Source: Atractiella rhizophila (lineage: Eukaryota). Taken from it: a stretch of 64,000 nucleotides of DNA. Shown here piece after piece: positions 52,742 to 64,000 of the stretch (position 1 is the first letter of the stretch; the number at the start of each line of letters is the position of its first letter). The stretch lies in NCBI GenBank assembly GCA_021432655.1, contig MU271187.1, positions 1 through 64,000 of the forward strand, written 5' to 3'. The notes under the pieces were generated by a model. The model searched no databases. It worked only from the letters and a program-made list of their open reading frames with translations, and was not told the origin of the DNA. Both the position numbers and the translations under genes were made by a program.

Positions 52742-54368
52742 ATGGGTCTTTTCACCTCAGCAGTGCGCATCAGCCATGGATCGAACGTTGTACTCCAAAA
52801 GATACTCGCTGGATGCCCGACTCTGACCAAGGGCTACTTTGTTCCCACTCCTTGGATTCGAGGGTGGGTTCTTTCACTCGAGGACATAAGTTCACTTTGA
52901 CATTCCTCATGGCTTGTTACAGGGGGCATGCGCAAACTCTATATTCGTTCATAGCTCCTACCATCCCTGAAGAAGTCTTAGCCTACGACCGTACACTTTT
53001 GCATGTACCGGCTGGAGGCACTCTTGCGCTGGATTTTACCCCAGTCCGCGGCGATGACGAGGAGCTTCAAGATGACAGCCCAATAGTTGTGGTTTGTCAT
53101 GGGTTGACAGGAGGAAGTCATGAGAGCTATGTCAAGAACGTACTGGCGAGGTTGACGAGAAAAGTGAAGGGAAAGCAGAGGTGGAGAGGATGTGTTGTCA
53201 TTTTTAGGGCTTGTGAGCTTCTCTTGAATCTCAGTTATTTGACCTTTACTGACCTCTTTGTACTGAAGGTGCAGACAGCCCGGTGACATCTGCTCAGCTA
53301 TACAAGTACGTGGATCATGACACGCAACCACGATGTTTAATTTATTCGCACAGCGGCGGTTTTACTACAGACCTGCGAAATGCTTTACTATACCTCTCTC
53401 AGCGATATCCTAATGCTCCAATCTTTGCTGTCGGATTCTCTCTAGGTCTGTTGTGGCTAACCTGACACATTCCGATTATATTGAGTGGGGAGCGCAGGAG
53501 CGAATGTTCTTGCGAAATATCTTGGGCAGGCTAACACTCGGACAAGTATCAAAGCCGCTTGCGTTAACGGGAACCCTTGGGACTTGTACCTTTCTTCCAT
53601 TGCATTAGACGCCGGCCCATTGCGACGCTTCTACTCACGCGCGATGGCGTACTCTTTACGGTCTGTCTTTTCTAGAACATCAAACAGATTACCATAATAA
53701 CATGAGTTTTAATAGGAGAGTCCTCAAACCACACTTCAAACTTTTCGAAGAAGCACGTCCCCATGGTCTAAGAGCGGAATGCGTGTATGCGAACCCGAAT
53801 CAAGATGTGTATCAGTTTGACAACGTCTTCACACGTGTCGTTGGAGGGTTTGAGAGCGCCGAAGATTACTACATCTCACAATCATCTGCAAGATTCGTGA
53901 AGGATGTAAAGACTCCACTGCTCAGTATTTCTGCACTAGACGATCCAGTGGTAGGGTGCGAAGGGATTCCAGACGCTGAAGAGTGCGAGTACCTTGTGAA
54001 AGTAGTCACCGAGGTTGGAGGTACGTCCAAAGAAAATGAAAGAAAAATCTCTCGATCTCATTCATTGTTGAGTAGGACACCTTGGTTGGTACGAAGGATT
54101 AGGTCGACGTTGGATCTCAAAACCAGTGGAAGAGTTTTTACGGTCAGCACTACAGCTAGATCCTCTTCCTCGAGCTCGGCGGTGGAACGTGAGAAAAGAG
54201 GATGGCTGGGTATACGATGCGGATGATGAAGGTATCGGATTCAAGGAATACACAGACGACGAGAGGGACACACATGATGGACCGTTCGTTAGTGATTCAA
54301 CGCCGTCGTTGGATACAGCAAGAGGAAGGATTGTGGACTTTATTAATAGTTTAGGACCCTCGCTATAG
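52742..54368 (+). CDS. Alpha/beta hydrolase of the EHT1/EEB1/MGL2 - ABHD1/3 family, multi-exon
   Basis: CPTL..YFVPTPW..GHAQT, HGLTGGSHESY, GFSLGANVL nucleophile elbow, ALDDPVV, GGHLGW. Confidence 0.92.
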
Positions 54369-54493
54369 ATGCCACTGTCCAAGTTCATAGAGGAGCCGTA
54401 CTCATATGTTACTTCTAGAGGAGAGCAGCAAGACTGAAGCAAGGAACGAAACCATGACAGAATGGGGTTAATTGCGCTAGGTTCTAACTGATG

Positions 54494-55157
54494 AACCTCA
54501 CACTTCGTGAGCTGTTACCTCGCTATCCGCAACAGCCCAGCATCAAATTTTTGGCGTAAAGCTAGCGATCCATCCACACAGCTATGACTACTTAAGTTTC
54601 ATCGTTATTATTGCAAGTATCAATAGTGTGCAAGAACCATGGTGTCCCGACAACAGGATTCACAAGAGATATCGCGGAAAAGATTATGGAAGAAAATACT
54701 GTAGAAGGAAGGAAAAATGCGTTGCTAGAAGAGTTTTTCTCAGATGGACCGTATTTGCAAGTGTGCAAAGTAAATGGACAATCTCTTCTTCTAGTAGCGA
54801 TCTGTTGATGGTGTGAGTTCACGTCATATCAATGTGTACCTGTCAGATTTGTTGTCCCATTCCCTCACAACGAACAACCTACACTCTAGCAAATCGTTTG
54901 TAAATCTCTCTGTGTTGTTGTAGCTATCGCGCATCTCCCTGCGTGTTCTTTTAGCTACCGTGAAATTTTTTTATGTCAGTAAGACGCCACGTCCTGCGAA
55001 ATCCGAAATCAGCGAGTCAGACAGTGATGAAACATTCTCAGTGCGCTCTTTATAAGATGCCAGTCATCTACCGCAAAGTCGGACCGTCGCATTGGTGCAG
55101 ATCCTCATAACAGCGATGAAGCCAAATAAAAGCTTCCCTGACTGATTATACAAATAC
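54494..55157 (+). repeat. Dispersed repeat, short internally deleted form (second copy at 56952-57596)
   Basis: Colinear blocks match the reverse complement of both ends of 41399-43730. Confidence 0.7.
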
Positions 55158-55223
55158 ATTGCCTTGTCTAAAACACCCATGACCTCTTTCGAGCACAGTG
55201 GCACGAGCATGCCGACGGCAACG

Positions 55224-56157
55224 CTATACCAATAGCTCCTTCAGCTCCCCATTCTCCCTCATCTCCTTGACCACATCGAGTCCTCCTACGAATTCGCCTT
55301 TGATAATGAGTTGAGGAAAGGTAGGCCAGTTGTTTATCGTTTTAAGGGCTGGAGGGACAATCCAGAAACAAACTCAACGCCGTTGAATCCCAAATGGAAA
55401 CTACGCACCAGATCTAACTCCCTCGTCTTTGAGGATATCGAACGTCTTGAACTCCACCTTCTCCTCCTTCAAGATACCGACAATTTTTTGACTGAAACCA
55501 CACCGCGGCTCCTCCGGCGTGCCTTTCATAAATAATACCACGTCGCTCTGGGTCATCAGCTCTTTAGATCTCTTCTCTAATTGTTCCTGCGTCTCGTTTT
55601 CCGGCGGGACGTACCCATTCCCATTAATAGCGTGGGCAGAAGCAGGAGCGATGGCTTCTGGAGACTCTGGCTTTTTGTCGGATTGGGAGAGAGGAGGTCG
55701 AATGTCTCGGTTTGAATGTAGTGTGAGCGCATCAGTAAGCTGAGACAGCTGTGTGCCTGTTATCCGTGCGAGAAGAGAGTGGCCCTTGAGTTCGACTACA
55801 GTCAGCTCGGGAGCCGCGGAAACAGGGAGGAACGACGAATGACTAACGCGTAGGAGGATGCAGTGAGGGACAGAATCCACATCGAAGGATTCTGCGACAT
55901 CAGGTAGATTTTCAGCTTCTATCTAAATCTTTGTCGTCAATTCCTGTGTCGCAAAATCAGAACAAGCTTACTTCGAGGAACAAAACCTTTGGCCACTTTG
56001 TCGACAGCTCTTTCACGAGAGTATCCATCCCATCCCCGGCTTTTGTACACGGTTCAGCCCATTCTGCGCGAAAGTAAAGGAGAGAGAGTCTGGAAAGGTC
56101 CTTTGAGAGATGAGCTGGCAGCTCGGACGGCTCTGACAAGACGTGATAATTCGCCAT
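55224..56157 (-). CDS. GRX4: Monothiol glutaredoxin GRX3/4 (Trx + Grx), copy 1
   Basis: WAEPC Trx-like motif, [39 protein letters not shown]. Confidence 0.95.
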
Positions 56158-56299
56158 TTTTACAAGGTGGTCGTTGCTGTAATCTGATACCTTGACCAAA
56201 TTTGAGTCAGCACAGTACAACGAACTTTATCAGTAATTTTGTTTCCTTCATTGGCTAAATAACTTGAAGTTTTGGGTGGATCATTATTTGAGAAGTCAG

Positions 56300-56946
56300 A
56301 TGTCTACATGTATGCTGTTCCTTTCTCCATACAATGGAGCTTTGATCTGATGCCTTTGCCAGTCGAACATCCTGATGAAATAGCACAAGAGCTCGAAGTG
56401 CTCGAGTCTATCTATCCAGAAGAGCTAACCAGTATCTTGTTTCTCTATGCAAGTCAGGATCGAGCTTCACTTCGGTACATTGTGTAGAAATATCTGAAAA
56501 TGAGCTTTCCATTGCTCTCAAGCTTGAAGATCCCAATGATGCAGATGTACAACGTATGCAGTCTTCTTCAATTTTCAAACCCTCAATTGATGTGGCGAAG
56601 CCAGATCCTCTGCTCCTTCATGTATCTTACACCCCATCATACCCGAACGAGCCTCCAGATCTCTCCCTCTCACAGCCAGATGAGGAGGACGATGACGATA
56701 CTGAACCATTCCTTTCAGATGAGGATATCGAACAATTGACTGAATCGCTTAGGACTGTGGTCAGCCTTTCATTTCTTGAGCATGAAAGACCCTAATTGGT
56801 GGCCGATTGGTGTATCCACTTAGGCGAACGAGAGCCTAGGAATGGCAATGGTCTTCACCCTCTCCTCCTCGATTGCAGATGCTTTCACATCCATCGTCAC
56901 CACGAAGAGAGAAGCAGCCGAATTGCTAGCACGGCAGAAGGCAGCC
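56300..56946 (+). pseudogene. 3'-truncated copy of the RWD-domain gene, ending at the duplication junction
   Basis: Matches 58739-59385, then runs into the repeat sequence at 56948. Confidence 0.75.
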
Positions 56947-57662
56947 AGATGAACCTCACACTTCGTGAGCTGTTACCTCGCTATCCGCAACAGCCCAGCA
57001 TCAAATTTTTGGCGTAAAGCTAGCGATCCATCCACACAGCCATGACTACTTAAGTTACATCGTTATTATTGCAAGTATCAATAGTGTGCAAGAACCATGG
57101 TGTCCCGACAACAGGATTCACAAGAGATATCGCGGAAAAGATTAATACTGTAGAAGGAAGGAAAAATGCGTTGCTAGAAGAGTTTTTTCTCAGATGGACC
57201 GTATTTGCAAGTGTGCAAAGTAAATGGACAATCTCTTCTTCTAGTAGCGATCTGTTGATGGTGGGAGTTCACATCATATCAATGTGTACCTGTCAGATTT
57301 GTAGTCCCATCCCTTCACAACGAACGACCTACACTCTAGCAAATCGTTTGTAAATCTCTCTGTGTTGTTGTAGCTGTCGCGCATCTCCCTGCGTGTTCTT
57401 TTAGCTACCGTGAAATTTTAAGACGCCACGCCCTGCGAAATCCGAAATCAGCGAGTCAGGCAGTGATGAAACATTCTCAGTGCGCTCTTTGTGAGATGCC
57501 AGTCATCTACCGCAAAGTCGGACCGTCGCATTGGTGCAGATCCTCATAACAGCGATGAAGCCAAATAAAAGCTTCCCTGACTGATTATACAAATACATTG
57601 CCTTGTCTAAAACACCCATGACCTCTTTCGAGCACAGTGGCACGAGCATGCCGACGGCAACG

Positions 57663-58596
57663 CTATACCAATAGCTCCTTCAGCTCCCCATTCTCCCTCA
57701 TCTCCTTGACCACATCGAGTCCTCCTACGAATTCGCCTTTGATAATGAGTTGAGGAAAGGTAGGCCAGTTGTTTATCGTTTTAAGGGCTGGAGGGACAAT
57801 CCAGAAACAAACTCAACGCCGTTGAATCCCAAATGGAAACTACGCACCAGATCTAACTCCCTCGTCTTTGAGGATATCGAACGTCTTGAACTCCACCTTC
57901 TCCTCCTTCAAGATACCGACAATTTTTTGACTGAAACCACACCGCGGCTCCTCCGGCGTGCCTTTCATAAATAATACCACGTCGCTCTGGGTCATCAGCT
58001 CTTTAGATCTCTTCTCTAATTGTTCCTGCGTCTCGTTTTCCGGCGGGACGTACCCATTCCCATTAATAGCGTGGGAAGAAGCAGGAGCGATGGCTTCTGG
58101 AGACTCTGGCTTTTTGTCGGATTGGGAGAGAGGAGGTCGAATGTCTCGGTTTGAATGTAGTGTGAGCGCATCAGTAAGCTGAGACAGCTGTGTGCCCGTT
58201 ATCCGTGCGAGAAGAGAGTGGCCCTTGAGTTCGACTACAGTCAGCTCGGGAGCCGCGGAGACAGGAAGGAACGACGAATGACTAACGCGTAGGAGGATGC
58301 AGTGAGGGACAGAATCCACATCGAAGGATTCTGCGACATCAGGTAGATTTTCAGCTTCTATCTACATCTTTGTCGTCAATTCCTGTGCCGCAAAATCAGA
58401 ACAAGCTTACTTCGAGGAACAAAACCTTTGGCCACTTTGTCGACAGCAATTTCACGAGAGTATCCATCCCATCCCCGGCTTTTGTACACGGTTCAGCCCA
58501 TTCTGCGCGAAAGTAAAGGAGAGAGAGTCTGGAAAGGTCCTTTGAGAGATGAGCTGGCAGCTCGGACGGCTCTGACAAGACGTGATAATTCGCCAT
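57663..58596 (-). CDS. GRX4: Monothiol glutaredoxin GRX3/4, copy 2 (probably the other allele)
   Basis: Same motifs as copy 1; two amino-acid differences seen (KELST/KLLST, ASAH/ASSH). Confidence 0.9.
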
Positions 58597-58738
58597 TTTT
58601 ACAAGGTGGTCGTTGCTGTAATCTGATACCTTGACCAAATTTGAGTCAGCACAGTACAACGAACTTTATCAGTAATTTTGTTTCCTTCATTGGCTAAATA
58701 ACTTGAAGTTTTGGGTGGATCATTATTTGAGAAGTCAG

Positions 58739-59863
58739 ATGTCTACATGTATGCTGTTCCTTTCTCCATACAATGGAGCTTTGATCTGATGCCTTTGCCA
58801 GTCGAACATCCTGATGAAATAGCACAAGAGCTCGAAGTGCTCGAGTCTATCTATCCAGAAGAGCTAACCAGTATCTTGTTTCTCTATGCAAGTAAGGATC
58901 GAGCTTCACTTCGGTACATTGTGTAGAAATATCTGAAAATGAGCTTTCCATTGCTCTCAAGCTTGAAGATCCCAATGATGCAGATGTACAACGTATGCAG
59001 TCTTCTTCAATTTTCAAACCCTCAATTGATGTGGCGAAGCCAGATCCTCTGCTCCTTCATGTATCTTACACCCCATCATACCCGAACGAGCCTCCAGATC
59101 TCTCCCTCTCACAGCCAGATGAGGAGGACGATGACGATACTGAACCATTCCTTTCAGATGAGGATATCGAACAATTGACTGAATCGCTTAGGACTGTGGT
59201 CAGCCTTTCATTTCTTGAGCATGAAAGACCCTAATTGGTGGCCGATTGGTGTATCCACTTAGGCGAACGAGAGCCTAGGAATGGCAATGGTCTTCACCCT
59301 CTCCTCCTCGATTGCAGATGCTTTCACATCCATCGTCACCACGAAGAGAGAAGCAGCCGAATTGCTAGCACGGCAGAAGGCAGCCGCGATTGAGGAGGTA
59401 GATCTTTCCATTCTTTTACTATATATAATCTGACTTAGGTGATGGATAAGGCAGAGCGAGAGAAACGGCGCGGAACCCCTGTGACACAGGAGAGCTTCAT
59501 GGCTTGGAAGAAGAAGTTTGACGTAGAAATGTTGGAGTCAAAGAAGAGAGAAGAGGAGGAGAAGCTTCGTGCAATGCCACCGAAGGAGAGGGAAGAGACT
59601 CGAAAATGGATGAATAAGCAAACCGGTTCGTTGAAATCTCTTCTCCATCGATCACGCTTCTTTACCAGCAAAAGTAATGACATGATTCAAATACAATGGC
59701 CACAGGTAGACAACTGTTTGAGACGAACAAAGACCTTGACTCGTCTGATGCGGCCTTTGCGAGTGCGGAGGATAAAGAGGTTGATATTAGTCTGTATGAG
59801 AGAGAAGATATCGTGTCTGACGACGAAGAAGATGAGCGGGTACATCTTAGCGACAGCGATTGA
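58739..59863 (+). CDS. GIR2: RWD-domain protein GIR2/RWDD1 (DFRP2), multi-exon
   Basis: QELEVLESIYPEEL, YTPSYPNEPP, ESLGMAMVFTL, GTPVTQESFMAWKKKF, TGRQLFE. The first exon (ATGTCTACAT) is inferred; alternative start at 58789. Confidence 0.92.
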
Positions 59864-60107
59864 TGGTTTTGCAAGGAGAACAGGTCCAATGACCTTGTAT
59901 TTCATATCGTACCTTGGATATCCAAATGGGAAGCATAATACAAACAAACCAGAAAGAAACCAAGAGATGTAGAATTGGAACCTAGATCTGAGAGGTGAAG
60001 TTTGGACTCGAAAGTCGAAAGCATGAGCAGCATGAAACATGAAAGTGGGATTTTGAAGCTCGAGATCCTGTAACCAAGAAACACTGAACACTATTTGCCA
60101 ATGCGAC

Positions 60108-62692
60108 TTATTCATCATCCTTATACACTAGCTTGGTGATTGTGATGGTCTCCTTCTTTACACCCGGAATGGTTCCTTTCACTATCGAGTTGCCCAAGCC
60201 ATCGAGCTTGAAGAACTGGACCAACCGTTCCATGAGCCATTTCTGTCTATCATTCAAGCAAAGACGTACCTTAATGCACCCCTTTCCATCCCATCCCTCT
60301 TCAGCCTTCTCGGGTACACTGAGCTCCTCGCCTTCCAGGTCCCTTTCCACCAGTCTCTTATCCCACTTCACTTCCTTTTTCCTCCCCAATCCCGCCGTTC
60401 TCTTCTTTACGGGGCTGAAAAACTGTTCGTCGTCTCCCGGTGCACGAAAGTGCTGCAACGGTTCTTCATCTTCATCATCCTCCTCATCCTGTTCTCCATT
60501 AAGTTGGCCAAGCCCCATACTTGCCCGGCGTGCGGAATCGGTGCTCTTTTTCAATGCTCGCCGTTTTATCGCCCTCTCTTCCCTCGACACCTTGAGCTGA
60601 ACCGTACTGTTCGTCCGTCTGATCTTGGCCGTTGGAGATGGGGGTCGATTCTCCTCTTTAAAGATCGTGACGACTTTCTGATGAGTGAGCAAACGGCAGT
60701 TTGCAGTCGTGTTTTCTTTCGTTAGCTGCTTCACCTCTGAGTCGGTCAACCTGAGTAAGGACGGTAATGAAGGTCTCTTCTTCAGCACCAGAGGTGGTGA
60801 GAGCCGCTTCGTGGTGACGGCAGGTGTGTCTGGTTGAGGAGGAGGGCTCGGTTTTGGAGCGGAGGCAGAACGAGTGATGCGGGTAGAACGGGTAGCTATT
60901 CTAGGAGCTGGAGTGGTTGTTGCAGCAGATGAAGGAGCTCCAAAGACCAGCGCGGCTTTCTTCTTTCGTTCCTCCTCTTCCTCCTCCTTCCTCCGGCGCT
61001 CTTTCTCCTCCTCCTCTTCCTTCCTCCTCTTCTCGCTACCAACAGCTCTCCTTGTCCTTCTCACCACACCGACTTCTTCCTGCTCCTTCTCCTTTTCCAC
61101 TATCGAATCCTTTAGACGCCGTGCGGCGATTGTACCTCTCTTTGGTCTTTCTTTTACCTCAGTCACTCCCTTCGCAGGTGAAGGAGCCGCTGGTTTTGTA
61201 ATTCCACTAAGGCTCGCACTGAGAGAGAGAGAAGAAAATGTCCTTTGGCGAAGCAGCGAGTTAGCAGTTGGAGAAGCGAAAGACACATCAGCCTTTACGG
61301 GCGACAAGACACGTTTAGGTGGGGAGAGCTTTCCTGTACGCGGGAGTTGATTTTGACTAGGTTTAGAAGGGGAGAGAGCAAGAGCGCTAGCTGGTCTCCG
61401 AAGGGTGCGGACTGAAGGAATCTGCTCTGCCTCTTGTACACATGAAGCGGGTTTGATGGGTGACACGCGCGAAACGGATGTGGCGCGTTGACGCTGAAGG
61501 GAGCTGATCGTCGTGCGGGTGACGGACGAAGAAAGAATGGGGGGAGGAGACAAAGATGCCGACCGTCCAACGGTGGCACTTGCTGCATCGTTTGGAGTAG
61601 AAGCGGCTCCACCGGCTTTCGGGGAAGAGGTCGAAGTGGTCTTTGTGGCAAGTGAGGAAAGGATGGAAGGCGTGGAGGTGGATCGCACCGCGATGCGGGA
61701 GGAAGGGATGCGGGAGGGCAGGGTTGTTGCAGACTTGGAAACAGGAATGGGGAGGGAAGAAGGCTTCGGTACTTTTGAAGGAGGGGAGGGTGAGCGTTCC
61801 TTTGAAGATTCCTTCGTATCCTCGACATCCCCAGGAGCCTGCTCGACGCTCTCAACCTTGAGTTGTTCTTCCTTTGCGACGACTGGGGCATGACCCAAGT
61901 TTGTCTTTTCTTCATGGTTGGGAGAGTTTTCGCTCGGCCGCTTCAAGACGTCAATGTTTCCAGTTCGTTCCTTGAGCGGAGATTCGTCGAAATCGATCAG
62001 CTTTCCCTTGTGTTGCCCATCAATCTCGGGAAAAGGAGGGAACGAGTTCCATTCGGTTGTAGCTAAATTGAAGACGCCTGTGGCTGGAGGTGGAGAGAAC
62101 ACATCTGTCAGTGCTGTCGCAGGATGGTGTGTGATGCATGATGTTCGTAGAAACGGTTTCGAGGGAGATGAAAAGGAAATGAGATTCGGAGAATCTGTTG
62201 CCGAGAAAATCGTGTTCGCATTGAAGTCGGGCTGGGGAGAAGATAGAGGAGCGTTCTCTTTCTCGCAAATATTCAAGCTAGGGTCTGAAAGCGGGACTAC
62301 CACAACAACAAATCAACATGCATGCAGTGACAGAGCAAACATCAAAGTAACTCACTGCTTGCATTCTCTTTCTCATCGTTCAGGGAGATATCATCAGAAA
62401 ATTGGTGCCGCGGTGAAGCAACATAATAGGCATCGAGGAGCTTTATGGTAGCATCTTCTAGGTCTCCATCACAGTCACCGTCCTCGCTCCCTTCTTCGCT
62501 GCCATCTTCTTCCACAGTCTCACCATCGTGTCCCTTCAAGATCCTAAAATCCCTAAGTTCCTCCTCGTCCAGCAAGCTGCTCTCAGCCTCGCTGCATTCC
62601 GACAACTCGTCCCACTCTTTTTCCTCCATTCCTTCGCCAGGTTCAACGGCACCGAATTCGAGGGATGACAGAGAGTCGAGGGACAAGTCCAT
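60108..62692 (-). CDS. Uncharacterised, largely disordered Ser/Pro/Arg-rich protein with an acidic N-terminus
   Basis: 731-codon ORF plus an upstream acidic exon (MDLSLDSL...) and a short 3' intron. C-terminal motifs LTKENTTAN, RPPSPTAK, KEVKWD. Confidence 0.75.
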
Positions 62693-62966
62693 TTCGCGAT
62701 GGTAGGCCAAAGAACGCGGATGGTCGGATGCAGGCAAGAAGCTAATTAATGTAAAGGCAGGTGGTTGTCGATGGCGTCGCCTGGAACGCGACTTTGTCAC
62801 CTGACCACCGTGCATCATTCATCATCTTCTACCTCCCGCCGAAATAATTCTTTGCTACCATTACATATAATATTGCCATTGGCGTCTCGTGTGTGTTTGA
62901 GACGCCCAACAGGTGCGCACTTTGCTTTCTGAGCAACAAAAATGTGAAATTGAGCATGTCGTAGAA

Positions 62967-64000
62967 ATGTCTAAAGACTTCTCCACGCTCCTCAGACACA
63001 GCAGGTTTGCTACCTGGGACCCAGTCATCGAGCAGGTGTATACCTCTCCCATTCATGGCGGCTATCGCGTTCGTATGGACTATGGCGTCAAACGTTCGCT
63101 CCCTCGTTTGGCCAAGCGCTTCCCCATGATCCGAATCCAGTCCATCGACACCACAGAAAAGTACACAGAGTTCGATAAAACGCTTAATGCTGCAAACTGG
63201 CTCAATCGCTTCGAGGCTTCCCGTACCGGCGTGCCTATGCGTATCCCTTCCACGTCATCTCTGGGGAACAACTCCGTGCCGGAGGCGGAGTTGCATGAGG
63301 TCGAGGAGGTGCAGAAGTTGTTCAGACTTTTCAATGAGGAGAAGGAGTTGCCGCCAAATTTCGTCGCCATGTCGGACCGCGAATTTCATGCTTTTGTGGA
63401 TGGCCTGAGAGGTGCGAGAGGTGCATGGTCCAAGTTTCTGGCGGCCAGGGACTGGGTCAAGAATCACGCAGGAAAGGCGAAGCATAAAAGAGATTTGACG
63501 GAGTTGGGACTTGCGAAGAAGCTCGAAGAGGTTAAATTGCGGCTAGAGGGAAAATTGAACATTGATTGGAACTTCGAGGAACTGGAGGAGGCGAAGAATT
63601 TGGAGCAGGAAAAGAAGAAAAAGAACAATGAAGAGAAGAAAGAGATTGAGCAGAAGCAAATTGAACTTGTTAAAGATGCCCGTACGTCCTTTCTGGCCGC
63701 GCTTGAGGTGATGTTGAGTTGAGGTGTAGTACAAAAGCAGAAGGAAGAGATTGAATCTCGCCTCGCTGCTCTCCAATCCAGCCCTTTCGAGCTTCCTCCA
63801 GCTGATCCCACACCTGTTGATCTCTATAGTCAAGCACAAGCTCACCTCTCGCTCTCTAAAGATAGGATGAGTTCGCCTGCTCGTGTGAAGCTGCTTCTGG
63901 AGTTTTTCGTTTTCCTTTCGCATATGGGGCCGTCTTCTTCTCCCGCACCGCCAGAAGAAACATCCAACATCAGGTCTACTTTTGATGTTCCCCCCACCAA
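62967..64000 (+). CDS. MRP51: Mitochondrial small-subunit ribosomal protein MRP51 (bS1m)-like, 3' end probably outside the window
   Basis: FSTLLRHSRFATWDPVIEQVY...DYGVKRSLP...IQSIDT..YTEF resembles the fungal Mrp51 N-terminal pattern. Confidence 0.7.

Larger units (their letters stand above)
54490..59385. repeat. Direct tandem duplication of about 2.45 kb (54490-56946 / 56948-59385)
   Basis: Offset 2458 shrinking to 2439 through indels, with scattered SNPs. One extra A at the junction. Confidence 0.97.

Noticed and set aside
55022..55145. Possible C/D box snoRNA (GTGATGA ... CTGA, with CATTCTCAGT resembling U14 domain A)
   Set aside because: No rRNA-complementary guide recognised, the U14 match is imperfect, and the boxes are not kept in the homologous long repeat.
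60133..62451. Long plus-strand ORFs opposite the disordered protein, and similar antisense ORFs over other genes
   Set aside because: Antisense shadows of real coding sequence.
6526..64000. A functional gene cluster or single new pathway spanning the window
   Set aside because: The genes serve unrelated housekeeping roles; no biosynthetic, mating-type or defence cluster signature was seen.

Overview
Gene-dense eukaryotic DNA from a fungus, most likely a basidiomycete (inferred from protein content and many 45-60 nt introns; the species cannot be determined from this window). Bases 1-4.8 kb are a nest of rearranged, defective Ty1/copia LTR-retrotransposon pieces, followed by about 1.6 kb of AT-rich repeat debris. 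The rest is mostly conserved housekeeping genes: ESF1, COA1, MTR10, a Kel1/Tea1-type kelch protein, SPT4, TOF1/timeless, WRS1, a site-2 protease, a CDC25-type RasGEF, an EHT1/ABHD-type hydrolase, GRX4, GIR2 and MRP51. There are also uncharacterised genes, including a modular Cys-rich secreted protein. Five direct tandem duplications (0.25-3.4 kb) cut through genes; four carry SNPs or indels between copies, which looks like two haplotypes written one after the other by the assembler. The least explained signals are (i) a dispersed repeat family with no recognisable TE hallmarks, present as a ~2.3 kb decayed ORF-bearing form and a ~0.66 kb internally deleted inverted form, (ii) copia LTRs joined directly into coding sequence of their own family, and (iii) a G-U-supported branched hairpin between TOF1 and WRS1. 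I found no convincing complete novel system. CDS spans include introns, and exon boundaries were read by eye.
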